Source of the DNA: Candidatus Hydrogenedentota bacterium
Lineage (GTDB): Bacteria; Hydrogenedentota; Hydrogenedentia; Hydrogenedentales; SLHB01
DNA: 64,000 nt
NCBI GenBank assembly: GCA_963668025.2
Contig: CAXXTH010000010.1
Span: forward strand, 1,152,001 to 1,216,000
Direction of reading: 5' to 3'
Shown: positions 1 to 8,088 of the stretch, in pieces
Numbering within the stretch: the stretch's first letter is position 1
Layout: every line of letters starts with the position of its first letter
The notes under the pieces: generated by a model
Database searches by the model: none
The model's input: only the letters and a program-made list of their open reading frames with translations
What the model was told of the DNA's origin: nothing
Translations under genes and position numbers: made by a program

Positions 1-523
1 TCGGTTCATCGAGCAAGAGTATATCCGCCTCTTGCGCCAGCGCTGCGGCGATGAAGACCTTCTGCCGTTCGCCGCCGCTCAAGGTGTTCATGCGGCGTTC
101 TGAAAAAACGGCCGTGCCCGTGCGCGCCATGGCGCGCACGGCGGCGTCCCGATCCGCTTGCGACAAGTGGGAGAGGGGACTCATATGCGGATAACGCGCC
201 ATGAGGACGAAATCATTCACGGTAAACGGGAATAGCCTGCCGCCTGCTTGCGGCACGTAGCTGATACGGCGGGCCAATTCGCGCTGGGTGTAGCCGCTGA
301 GCAATTTCCCGAACACCCGGATTTCACCGGACACGCGGACCCCTCGCCCGCTGCCCGCCGTCATGCGTCCCAAACTGCGCAGCAATGTTGTCTTTCCAGC
401 TCCATTTGGCCCGATAATGGCGAAAGATTCACCTTGCTCGACTCGGAAGGAAACGCCATCGAGTACGGTCTTGTCTCCATACCGCAGGCAGAGATTCGAC
501 ACTTCCAGAGCGGCCGTTTTCAT
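1..523 (-). CDS. Iron-siderophore/cobalamin ABC transporter ATP-binding subunit (3' end runs off window)
   Basis: Hand translation from ATG 523: MKTAALEVSNL..., Walker A GPNGAGKT, signature LSGGERQKV, Walker B LLLDEP. ATGA overlap with the upstream binding-protein stop. Confidence 0.92.
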   Translation of the reverse strand, partial: MKTAALEVSNLCLRYGDKTVLDGVSFRVEQGESFAIIGPNGAGKTTLLRSLGRMTAGSGRGVRVSGEIRVFGKLLSGYTQRELARRISYVPQAGGRLFPFTVNDFVLMARYPHMSPLSHLSQADRDAAVRAMARTGTAVFSERRMNTLSGGERQKVFIAAALAQEADILLLDEP

Positions 524-1446
524 GGTGTTTTCCAGTCCGCTTCGGGATGGATGCACTGCGCGAGATCTTCAAGTGTTTGCACCATGCGCGGTCCCGGAAT
601 CATAATATAATCACCGGAGGCAATATATATCCGGTTATCGCGCACCGCGTTGAGCGCGTTGAGTTGCCGCCAAGCGCTTAGAACGCTGTCATGCTCTTCT
701 TGAGCCTTAACCGCGTCTGAGCGCAGCTCGATGATGATGTCCGGGTTCAACGCGAGGATGCCTTCCGCCGACATGCTCGGGTACATGATGGATTCATCGG
801 TGAAGGCGTTTTCACCACCCGCAAGCGTGATGAAATCATCCAGAAAGTCCCCCTTGCCCGCCACGAAAACCTGTTCGATCCCAGGCGCGCCCATGTCGCG
901 TCCCGTTGATAACAGCACGCGCGGGCGGGGCAATCCCGCGACTTTTTTCTGCACGCGTTCCACCCGTGAACGCATTTCAGCCACCAAATCATGGGCTTCT
1001 TCCTCGACGCCGCAGATTTGGCCCAGTTGAAGCAGCGACTCTATGACGCCTTCGAGGTTGGTGGAACTAAGTACGATAGTGGGCACATGCAGTGCGTCCA
1101 GTTGTTTTTTCTGTTCTTTTAATGACGGAAGCAGCACGACCAGATCCGGATGCAGTGTAACGATAGCTTCGTAGTTGGTGTCCACAAGCGCCCCGATGCT
1201 GGTTTTCGATTTTGCTTCGGGAGGATAGGTGCAGAACGAGGTGACGCCCACCACGGAATCGCCCAGGCCCAGCGCGAAAAGCATCTCCGTTGAACTGGGT
1301 GCTGCCGAGATGATGCGATGATACGTATGTTGCGGTGTGCTTGCAGGCAGTGAATGGGCGTTTCCCGGAATCGCATACCGCTTAATGGCATATACGCTCC
1401 CGAAAGTGGCCATGAGAACTAAAAAAATGATGATACTCCGCTGCAT
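520..1446 (-). CDS. BtuF-like helical-backbone periplasmic binding protein (cobalamin/iron complex)
   Basis: RIISAAPSSTEMLFALGLGD.VVGVT, E.I..L.PD motifs and PGPR near the C-terminus. N-terminal hydrophobic anchor. Start at ATG 1446 (ORF open to 1482). Confidence 0.88.
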   Translation of the reverse strand: MQRSIIIFLVLMATFGSVYAIKRYAIPGNAHSLPASTPQHTYHRIISAAPSSTEMLFALGLGDSVVGVTSFCTYPPEAKSKTSIGALVDTNYEAIVTLHPDLVVLLPSLKEQKKQLDALHVPTIVLSSTNLEGVIESLLQLGQICGVEEEAHDLVAEMRSRVERVQKKVAGLPRPRVLLSTGRDMGAPGIEQVFVAGKGDFLDDFITLAGGENAFTDESIMYPSMSAEGILALNPDIIIELRSDAVKAQEEHDSVLSAWRQLNALNAVRDNRIYIASGDYIMIPGPRMVQTLEDLAQCIHPEADWKTP

Positions 1447-1565
1447 GAATGTGTGATCCCGCTTCCGAGGGGCATTATGCATACCCCCGCGCGCATTTCA
1501 AGAATAATGGATTCTTAAGGGAGGGCCAAGCAAACGATCCGGTTGTTGCGGGCGGCCTTGGAACA

Positions 1566-2501
1566 TCAGGCAGGTTGCGCATCCGCTAGGTTTCGAGCCA
1601 CAATTCGCTGTTTGGTGCAGCTCTTGGCTTGCAGCAAACTGCGCATAGCTTCGCCCAGCATGCCTTCCGGGCCATTGGAATGGCCGCTTTGGCAGGTGGC
1701 GATGCCTACGCTCAATCGGGCTACCGTGGGATAATTCGGGTCGGAGAACGTCGTCGAGTCCACCTCATCCATAATCTTCCCGGCATAGCACACGGCGCTG
1801 CCCAGGGAGCAATGGGGAAGCAATGCGGCAAAAACGCTGCCATCGTACCGCGCCACGACATCGGAAGTCCGGGAATAATTGCGGATCGACATCGCGAGTT
1901 CCACCAGCAAATCGTCCATCGAGACAGGCCCAAGTTCATCATCCACGGCCTGCACGTCGTCTACGTCAAACACGACGCAGGATACGGGATATTGGTATCG
2001 CTGGGCCTTTTCCATCTCTTCCGTGAGCCGTTCCAAGAGAAATTGCCGGTTGCGCAACCCCGTGAGCTGGTCCGTATAGGTGTTATCGGAAAACAGGGAA
2101 GGCTCGGCTTCGGCCTCGGCGTGCTGGAGTGAATTGCGAATCGCCGCTTCGACGCGCACCATCACCATGGGCAAATTAAAGGGCTTTTTGATGTAATCCA
2201 CCGCCCCTAATTCATACCCTTGAGCAATACTCTCCGCGGAACCTTTTACCGTGACAAAGATCACGGCGATATCGCGCGTTTTGGGATCTTCTTTCAAGCG
2301 GCGGCATACTTCGTATCCATCCATATCGGGCAGGCAAATGTCCAACAGGATGAGATCGATACCGCCTTTGCGGCAGATCTCCAACGCTTCAGAACCCGAA
2401 GTCGCTGAAGCCGCCTCATACTGGTTCAACCGAAGGCCTTCACAAAGAACGGCCGCAGTCTCTTCGCAGTCATCCGCTACACAAACTCGCAATTGCCGCA
2501 C
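1566..2501 (-). CDS. Response regulator with degenerate GGDEF domain (PleD-like REC-GGDEF)
   Basis: REC motifs (ADD, LLDICLPDMDG, KPF); D.LTGL.NR; active site reads RYDGSVF instead of RYGG(D/E)EF. Confidence 0.88.
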   Translation of the reverse strand: MRQLRVCVADDCEETAAVLCEGLRLNQYEAASATSGSEALEICRKGGIDLILLDICLPDMDGYEVCRRLKEDPKTRDIAVIFVTVKGSAESIAQGYELGAVDYIKKPFNLPMVMVRVEAAIRNSLQHAEAEAEPSLFSDNTYTDQLTGLRNRQFLLERLTEEMEKAQRYQYPVSCVVFDVDDVQAVDDELGPVSMDDLLVELAMSIRNYSRTSDVVARYDGSVFAALLPHCSLGSAVCYAGKIMDEVDSTTFSDPNYPTVARLSVGIATCQSGHSNGPEGMLGEAMRSLLQAKSCTKQRIVARNLADAQPA

Positions 2502-2738
2502 TGTTCACCACGCCTTTATGGTTTTCCCCACATTCGTTCATACTTCCTACATAAGTCTACCTTAATACGCTCTTCTTTGGCAAATGCCCGGCTAATTTTT
2601 GATCCGCCAGCCCATCCCTGTCATTTGCCCAGTTTACGCTTCGGCCCTTGCCTTTCATCCGTGCGTCTCTCTAGAATACATGCAGGACGCCATGCGGTGT
2701 CTATTGCCAGGCCTGCAACATAGGAGCGTCTACAAGGC

Positions 2739-3155
2739 GTGAGTGGCGCATTCAATTCCCGTCGGCCCCGGCGGCGGCCCTATATCAACATCACTTCCTT
2801 GATTGATGTGATGTTTTTGTTGTTGATTTTTTTATTGGTTTCTTCGACTTTTCGCCAGCAATATGGCATTGATGTCACTCTTCCTGAAGCCCGAACCGCC
2901 GAGGTGCAAGATGCGGCTTCGCATGAAATCCTGATTTCGCGGGAGGGGCGATATTATTTCGGCGGGGGTGAAGTGAATGAAGAAGAACTGCGCGTGTCGT
3001 TGCGGAATTTATTGAAGGAAGACCCTCAAGCAGCGATTATATTACGTGCGGATGAAGATGCCGATTTTGGTAAAGTCGTGCGCGCCATGGATATAGCCCG
3101 GCAGGAAGGCGGCATGCGGCTCGAGATCCCCACCCGTTACGCCGGTTCGGAGTGA
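2739..3155 (+). CDS. exbD: ExbD/TolR family biopolymer transport protein
   Basis: INITSLIDVMFLLLIFLLV TM with the conserved Asp; LRAD..A.FG.VV..MD. Confidence 0.9.
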   Translation: MSGAFNSRRPRRRPYINITSLIDVMFLLLIFLLVSSTFRQQYGIDVTLPEARTAEVQDAASHEILISREGRYYFGGGEVNEEELRVSLRNLLKEDPQAAIILRADEDADFGKVVRAMDIARQEGGMRLEIPTRYAGSE

Positions 3156-3195
3156 GTTTCACGGCGTGCCCATGATTTTTCATACGGCAGGCCAC

Positions 3196-3931
3196 TCAAT
3201 CCTCATGCGCCAGATTTTCCAACTGGGCCAGCCGTGCGCGGACCGATGGAATGCGTTCTGCTTCAGGGAAGCGCCGTACATATTCCCGCAACACCAGAAT
3301 CGCTAGTTCCGGATGGCCGAGTTCACGTGTGTACAATTCCACAAGGCGGTATGCCACCCGCAGGCTATGGGCCGGGTCGTTCATACGAGCCAGTGTTTCT
3401 TCAAAGCGTTCCGCCGCCTCTTGGGGGCGGCCCAATTTGAGGAGCATTTCCGCCGCGTGCAATCGCGCCAGCGGCTCCTTTGGAAACATCCGAATCGCCA
3501 GCAGATACTCGCGCGCCGCGCCCGAGTAATCGCCTTTCCGTTCGCACGCTTCCGCGGCGTTATAATCCGGCCCGTGATGTGTGTCCTCGCCGGAAGGCAA
3601 TAGCAGATTGACCAGGATGCGGGCAAAGAAGGACATGAACAACCGGCCGTACAAGACTATCGCGGAAATAGCTAATGCGCCCATGCCAAGCGCGTATTTG
3701 AGCGGGTCTCCTTTGAGCCATAACGCGAGCAGGGATGACTGATATATTAAGAATACAATGACTATCAGCAAAGCCATGGCTTGAATAAAAGGATGGGCGT
3801 CTCCATGCCCCAGCGCCCGCTGTCGCAGCAAAAAAAACTCCCCCTATAAAATAGGGGATAAACAATAGCCCCGCTACAATGGAGAATACATCAAACTCAA
3901 ACACCGCATTTCCATCCAGCACTATACCCAT
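3196..3931 (-). CDS. Membrane protein with C-terminal TPR repeats; apparent +1 frameshift at A8 run 3830-3837
   Basis: The N-terminal TM segment (ORF from 3931) joins ORF 3196..3831 if one base is removed (GVFLLRQR). TPR-like helices (AAREY..AI..FP, AAERFE). Confidence 0.65.
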
Positions 3932-3956
3932 TTCGCTATCTCACGGGTGGGAGGAT

Positions 3957-4526
3957 TTATGTCGCTGCCGCGCGTGGAAATGGCGATTTCCATTCATCGA
4001 TAAAGAGTATCTCTTCCAGTGGTTTCCGGTTGTGCCCTTCCCGTGGCGGATCTAGTGGATACCCTATGGCGAGCAGGGCGGATACGCGCACACGGCGGGG
4101 GATGTTCAGAATACGCTTCACCTGTTTATCATTGAACCAACCTACCCAGCAGGAGCCCAAGCCCAACTCCGTGGCTTTTAGCGCCATGTGTTCGAGGGCG
4201 ATGCCCAAGTCTATCTGGTAGTATTCGATGCCGGTGACAGCGCTGCCTACGCGGTTGGCCAGCAAATCGAGGTCGGAGCAGCCCGCTATGATTAGAGGAG
4301 CGCTACGCATCCAAGGATTGCGCAATATAGGCAGCGTGGCTTCATCACATAAACGCTCAATCCGTCCACGGTCCGTCACGGCGACAAAACGCCAGGTTTG
4401 GCTGTTGCATGCCGAAGGCGCGAGCCTTGCCGCTTCAGCCATGGCGCGGATGTGTTCTTCTGGCACGGATTTCATCTCGAATCCACGCACGGACACGCGG
4501 GCGCGGATAATTTCATCTAATGTCAT
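3957..4526 (-). CDS. Nitroreductase family protein
   Basis: R.SVRGF, ARLAPSACNSQ.W.F, LGLGSCWVG, ...IGYP, RK.LEE. Start at ATG 4526 after AGAAGGAG. Confidence 0.92.
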   Translation of the reverse strand: MTLDEIIRARVSVRGFEMKSVPEEHIRAMAEAARLAPSACNSQTWRFVAVTDRGRIERLCDEATLPILRNPWMRSAPLIIAGCSDLDLLANRVGSAVTGIEYYQIDLGIALEHMALKATELGLGSCWVGWFNDKQVKRILNIPRRVRVSALLAIGYPLDPPREGHNRKPLEEILFIDEWKSPFPRAAAT

Positions 4527-4905
4527 GGCGGCTCCTTCTGGTTTAGCATCCAAATGGGATTTGGCCATAAGCAGTGTCAAAAACGCAACCTGCAATTTTC
4601 CCCAAATCGACGGATAAGATAGTTGTATCTTACTTAATTTCATTACAACCCGGTATAGGCGGTATTTTAGCGTAGAGGCTCGGAGAACGCGGAGGTCCGC
4701 AAAAGAGTGGATTCTCTGCGATATGTTTCGTTCTTCGCGTTGAAAATGATTCAACTGTACCAAGCAGGCACCCGGCGATTAGGTTTTTTGCTCTCCTACA
4801 TGAGCTATGGCCTGTGTTGAGCTGAATTGCTTTTACGTACTATTCCTGAAAGAATGCCGTTTTACTTGAGGCTCTTGGTTTGATGCAATGCGTGTGGAGC
4901 ATGCC

Positions 4906-5916
4906 ATGGATGTACTGATTCTCGCAGGATTCTTGGGTTCCGGAAAGACGACGCTGCTGTTGCGGCTTGCGCATGCGCTTACGGCTTCCGGGAAGCTCCG
5001 TTTGGCCATCATCGAAAATGAGATCGGTGAAACGGGCATTGATAACCAAACGCTCGAATCGGAAGGGCTTCCGGTGCGTGAGATCTTCTCGGGGTGTATC
5101 TGCTGCTCCTTGCGGTTGGACCTTATTCATACGCTTATGGAGATCGAACGGCAAGGCCATGCGGACTTGGTGATCATTGAGCCTTCTGGGGTTGCGGGGC
5201 CCCAGCAAGTAGTAGACGCCATTCAAGGGTATGGAGGCACGATTCATCGGCGCATGGCGGCCGTGCTTGTGGACCCGCTCCGGCTCAGCAAGCTCGAGGA
5301 TATTTCCTTGCCCTTTATCGCGGGCAGCGTGAACGCGGCGGATCTGGTGGTCCTCAACAAGGCGGACGCCGCTGGCGAGGAGTTGCTGGAACAGACGCGG
5401 AAGCGGCTGCTTGCGTTGCGGCCTGATTGCCCTCTGATGGCCGTGTCCGCTTTGAACGGCGCAAATGTGGAAACCTTTTTTGAATGGGTGGAAGCGCGTC
5501 TTTCCGGGCCGGGCGTCCAGCAAGATGCGCCGATGGAATCCGCCGCTGGCGCGCCTCATTCGAATCCGCTGCCCGGCGCTACGGCGCGTTCCGCCAAGGC
5601 CGAAATCGGCTTTCAAGAAGCTCGGGAAGGGGCGTCATTCGCATGCCAGCTCCAAGAAGCTATGGCCGCCCTGCTCGAACGGTTGCGAAAAGACGGCTGC
5701 AGTATGGCTGGCCATGTCAAGGCTGTGGCGCGTGATCCAAATGGGGGGTTCCTGCTGCTCAGCGCTACGGATATCGATGGGCCTATTACCGCCAAAGGCA
5801 GGCTCGCACGGGAAGTGAAACAAGCCACTGTGACGCTTAACGCCATTGTGTTTGGTTTGAGTGGGGTGCAACTTGCCCAGCATTTGGAGATGTTTATGCA
5901 GGACGCGGGCGGATGA
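4906..5916 (+). CDS. CobW/P47K (COG0523) G3E metallochaperone GTPase with atypical C-terminal domain
   Basis: GFLGSGKTT, ENEIG, GCICC, EPSG, NKAD. C-terminal GHVK segment. Confidence 0.88.
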   Translation: MDVLILAGFLGSGKTTLLLRLAHALTASGKLRLAIIENEIGETGIDNQTLESEGLPVREIFSGCICCSLRLDLIHTLMEIERQGHADLVIIEPSGVAGPQQVVDAIQGYGGTIHRRMAAVLVDPLRLSKLEDISLPFIAGSVNAADLVVLNKADAAGEELLEQTRKRLLALRPDCPLMAVSALNGANVETFFEWVEARLSGPGVQQDAPMESAAGAPHSNPLPGATARSAKAEIGFQEAREGASFACQLQEAMAALLERLRKDGCSMAGHVKAVARDPNGGFLLLSATDIDGPITAKGRLAREVKQATVTLNAIVFGLSGVQLAQHLEMFMQDAGG

Positions 5917-5930
5917 CGCCCCTTATAGCG

Positions 5931-7661
5931 TTATTCCAGTGGGGCGGATGGTGGGGCGGTGTTGCGGTCCAATGGCTGTTTTATATCGACGATGTGCCCC
6001 TTGAACACATCCAGCACCAAGGCCACATGGGGATCGTGCTCCACGCGTTGCGCTTCTTTTGGGCTGACCAGCGCTTCTTCTTCCACGCTGGCCGGTTTCT
6101 TACCAGTTTCTTTCGCTAATTCGACGCGGAATGCCGACACATTGCCCGCAAAAGCGGATAACACCGCCAAGATGGCTTCATGATGCTCGGGCCGCTCCGC
6201 AATGGCCGCATTGCGTCCCTGGTGGGCGGGGAAGAGAAGAACCAGCGTATGGCCTTCGATAACCGACGGGGAGGCGGAGCCTATCGCCAAGCCAAGCGCA
6301 AGGCTATGCGACCCGATGCGTTGCGTGAGGTCTCCCCACTCGGAGGCGATGTCTTCGAGCGAGCGGTCCGGGGCGGCACGAAGAGGTTCCGATAAGGTTT
6401 CCGGCTGGATTGCAGCAGCCGCCTGAGGTTGTGGGCGGGGCGGCGCCGCCTGCTTAGGGTTTGCAGGAGGCGGATTGCTGGGCGGCGTATAAGAAGCCTG
6501 GCTAAGCCCGCCAGCACCCAACAATGCAAGCTTTTCAAGCACGGCGTCTAGGGACATCTCCACCGACACTTTCGATAGGCGGATGAGCAAAGATTCCAGG
6601 GCGATGCGCTGGGCGAGCTGGGAGTCGAAGTCTTTTGTTAATTCCGCGAATTGCTCGACAAGCCGGATGAGCTGGGTCAGCGAGAATAATTTGGCCCGTT
6701 CCTGCATTTCAGCGATTTCATCGTCTGGGAGGGCCAGTAAATCTTTCGGATCGGTGGTCTTGCACACCAGCAGATTTCGGAAATAGCGCAGAATATCTTG
6801 TACGAATTGGGATAAGTCTTTCCCGTTGGCCACAACCTCCTCGATTAGGCGCAGTTGTGCGGCCACATCCTGGGCAAGCAAGGCGTCGGAAAGGCTGTGC
6901 ATCACGCGCCAGTCCACCAAACCAAGCACATCAAAGACATCTTGGAAAGTGATCTCGTCGTCGCAGTATGAAATGACTTGTTCGAGGATGCTTTCCCCAT
7001 CCCGCACGCTGCCGTCGGCGGCGCGGGCTATGGCCTGTAATGCCTCCTCCGTGCATTTGATGCCTTCCGCCTCGATAATCTTCCGCAGCAATTCCGAAAT
7101 GCCATGGAGCCCTACACGGCGGAAGTCATACCGCTGGCATCGCGAGATGATGGTTGCAGGCACCTTGTGGGTCTCTGTCGTGGCCAGAATGAAGATGCCA
7201 TGTTCGGGCGGTTCTTCGAGCGTTTTAAGGAGTGCGTTGAAGGCCCCGGAAGAAAGCTGATGCACCTCGTCGATGATATAAATCTTATACCGCGAACTCG
7301 AGGGCACCATGCGGATGTTATCGCGAATCTCGCGTATGTTATCCACTCCATTATTCGACGCCCCGTCGATTTCGACTACGTCGATATTCGTGCCTGCGGC
7401 GATGCTGCGGCAGGTGTCGCAAACCCCGCATGGGTCCGGCGTCGGGGTGGGGGAGGAAGCGCAATTCAGGGCTTTGGCTAATATGCGGGCGGAAGTCGTC
7501 TTGCCGACGCCCCGTGTGCCGATAAAAAGAAACGCATGGCCAATGCGGCCCGACCGGATCGCGTTGCGGAGGGTCCGGCTGATGTGCTCCTGCCCGATCA
7601 CATCATCAAAGGTCTGCGGGCGCCATTTTCGAGCCAATACCCGGTACGAATCGTGGGCCAC
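5931..7661 (-). CDS. dnaX: DNA polymerase III subunit gamma/tau
   Basis: Y.VLARKWRPQTF, GTRGVGKT, Zn module C..PCG.C..C, DEVHQLS, TLEEPP, SRCQ. GTG start after GGAGAGG. Confidence 0.97.
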   Translation of the reverse strand: MAHDSYRVLARKWRPQTFDDVIGQEHISRTLRNAIRSGRIGHAFLFIGTRGVGKTTSARILAKALNCASSPTPTPDPCGVCDTCRSIAAGTNIDVVEIDGASNNGVDNIREIRDNIRMVPSSSRYKIYIIDEVHQLSSGAFNALLKTLEEPPEHGIFILATTETHKVPATIISRCQRYDFRRVGLHGISELLRKIIEAEGIKCTEEALQAIARAADGSVRDGESILEQVISYCDDEITFQDVFDVLGLVDWRVMHSLSDALLAQDVAAQLRLIEEVVANGKDLSQFVQDILRYFRNLLVCKTTDPKDLLALPDDEIAEMQERAKLFSLTQLIRLVEQFAELTKDFDSQLAQRIALESLLIRLSKVSVEMSLDAVLEKLALLGAGGLSQASYTPPSNPPPANPKQAAPPRPQPQAAAAIQPETLSEPLRAAPDRSLEDIASEWGDLTQRIGSHSLALGLAIGSASPSVIEGHTLVLLFPAHQGRNAAIAERPEHHEAILAVLSAFAGNVSAFRVELAKETGKKPASVEEEALVSPKEAQRVEHDPHVALVLDVFKGHIVDIKQPLDRNTAPPSAPLE

Positions 7662-7702
7662 GTCCACCTCTCCACTTATGATTGTTGTATCATGACAGAA
7701 AT

Positions 7703-7848
7703 AAGGTCGCGGAGCGGCCGGTTCAGGCCAGGCTTCCCTGCAGCACACGAATCAGTCCACCTACGGCTGCTTCCTTCCGGACCTGACCGAGTTTAGCGGC
7801 AATTCGTTGAGCAGGACCCAGCCGTCAACGCGGCGCGCCCCGCGCCTT
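7703..7848 (-). ncRNA. ffs: Signal recognition particle RNA (4.5S type, extended terminal stem)
   Basis: Helix-8 signature TCAGGTCCGGAAGGAAGCAGC on the minus strand (about 7766-7786) inside a long hairpin (core 7726-7823). Classic position upstream of dnaX. Confidence 0.93.
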
Positions 7849-7853
7849 GGCAC

Positions 7854-7883
7854 AGGATACGGCAAGGCGGTTGGATTAATCAA
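7854..7883 (-). promoter_or_regulatory. Putative sigma-70 promoter of ffs-dnaX
   Basis: TTGATT-18 bp-TATCCT on the minus strand, ending about 6 nt before the SRP stem. Confidence 0.55.
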
Positions 7884-7924
7884 GTCTTATCCTCATTCTG
7901 GATTGTTTTTGCAATGAAGAGTAC

Positions 7925-7953
7925 TTGACATTACAAAGTAAATGCATTATACT
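7925..7953 (+). promoter_or_regulatory. Near-consensus sigma-70 promoter overlapped by a palindrome
   Basis: TTGACA-17 bp-TATACT, overlapped by TACTTGACATTACAAAGTA. Confidence 0.7.
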
Positions 7954-8088
7954 TATTCTATATTCGAATTCGCAGTGCGGCGCTGGGTGGAAAAGACAGA
8001 ATATGTTCTGTGAAACGCTGGATCACATCGGTGATTCATGCAACTACCCATTTCGCGCGAGCGAAGGCGAAAAGAAAGGTAATCTAGC

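Noticed and set aside
1447-1565. Cobalamin riboswitch upstream of the BtuF-like gene
   Set aside because: The gap is only about 120 bp and no B12-box was recognised.
5931-7661. Programmed -1 frameshift in dnaX
   Set aside because: No A-AAA-AAG or long poly-A slippery site was seen after domain III.
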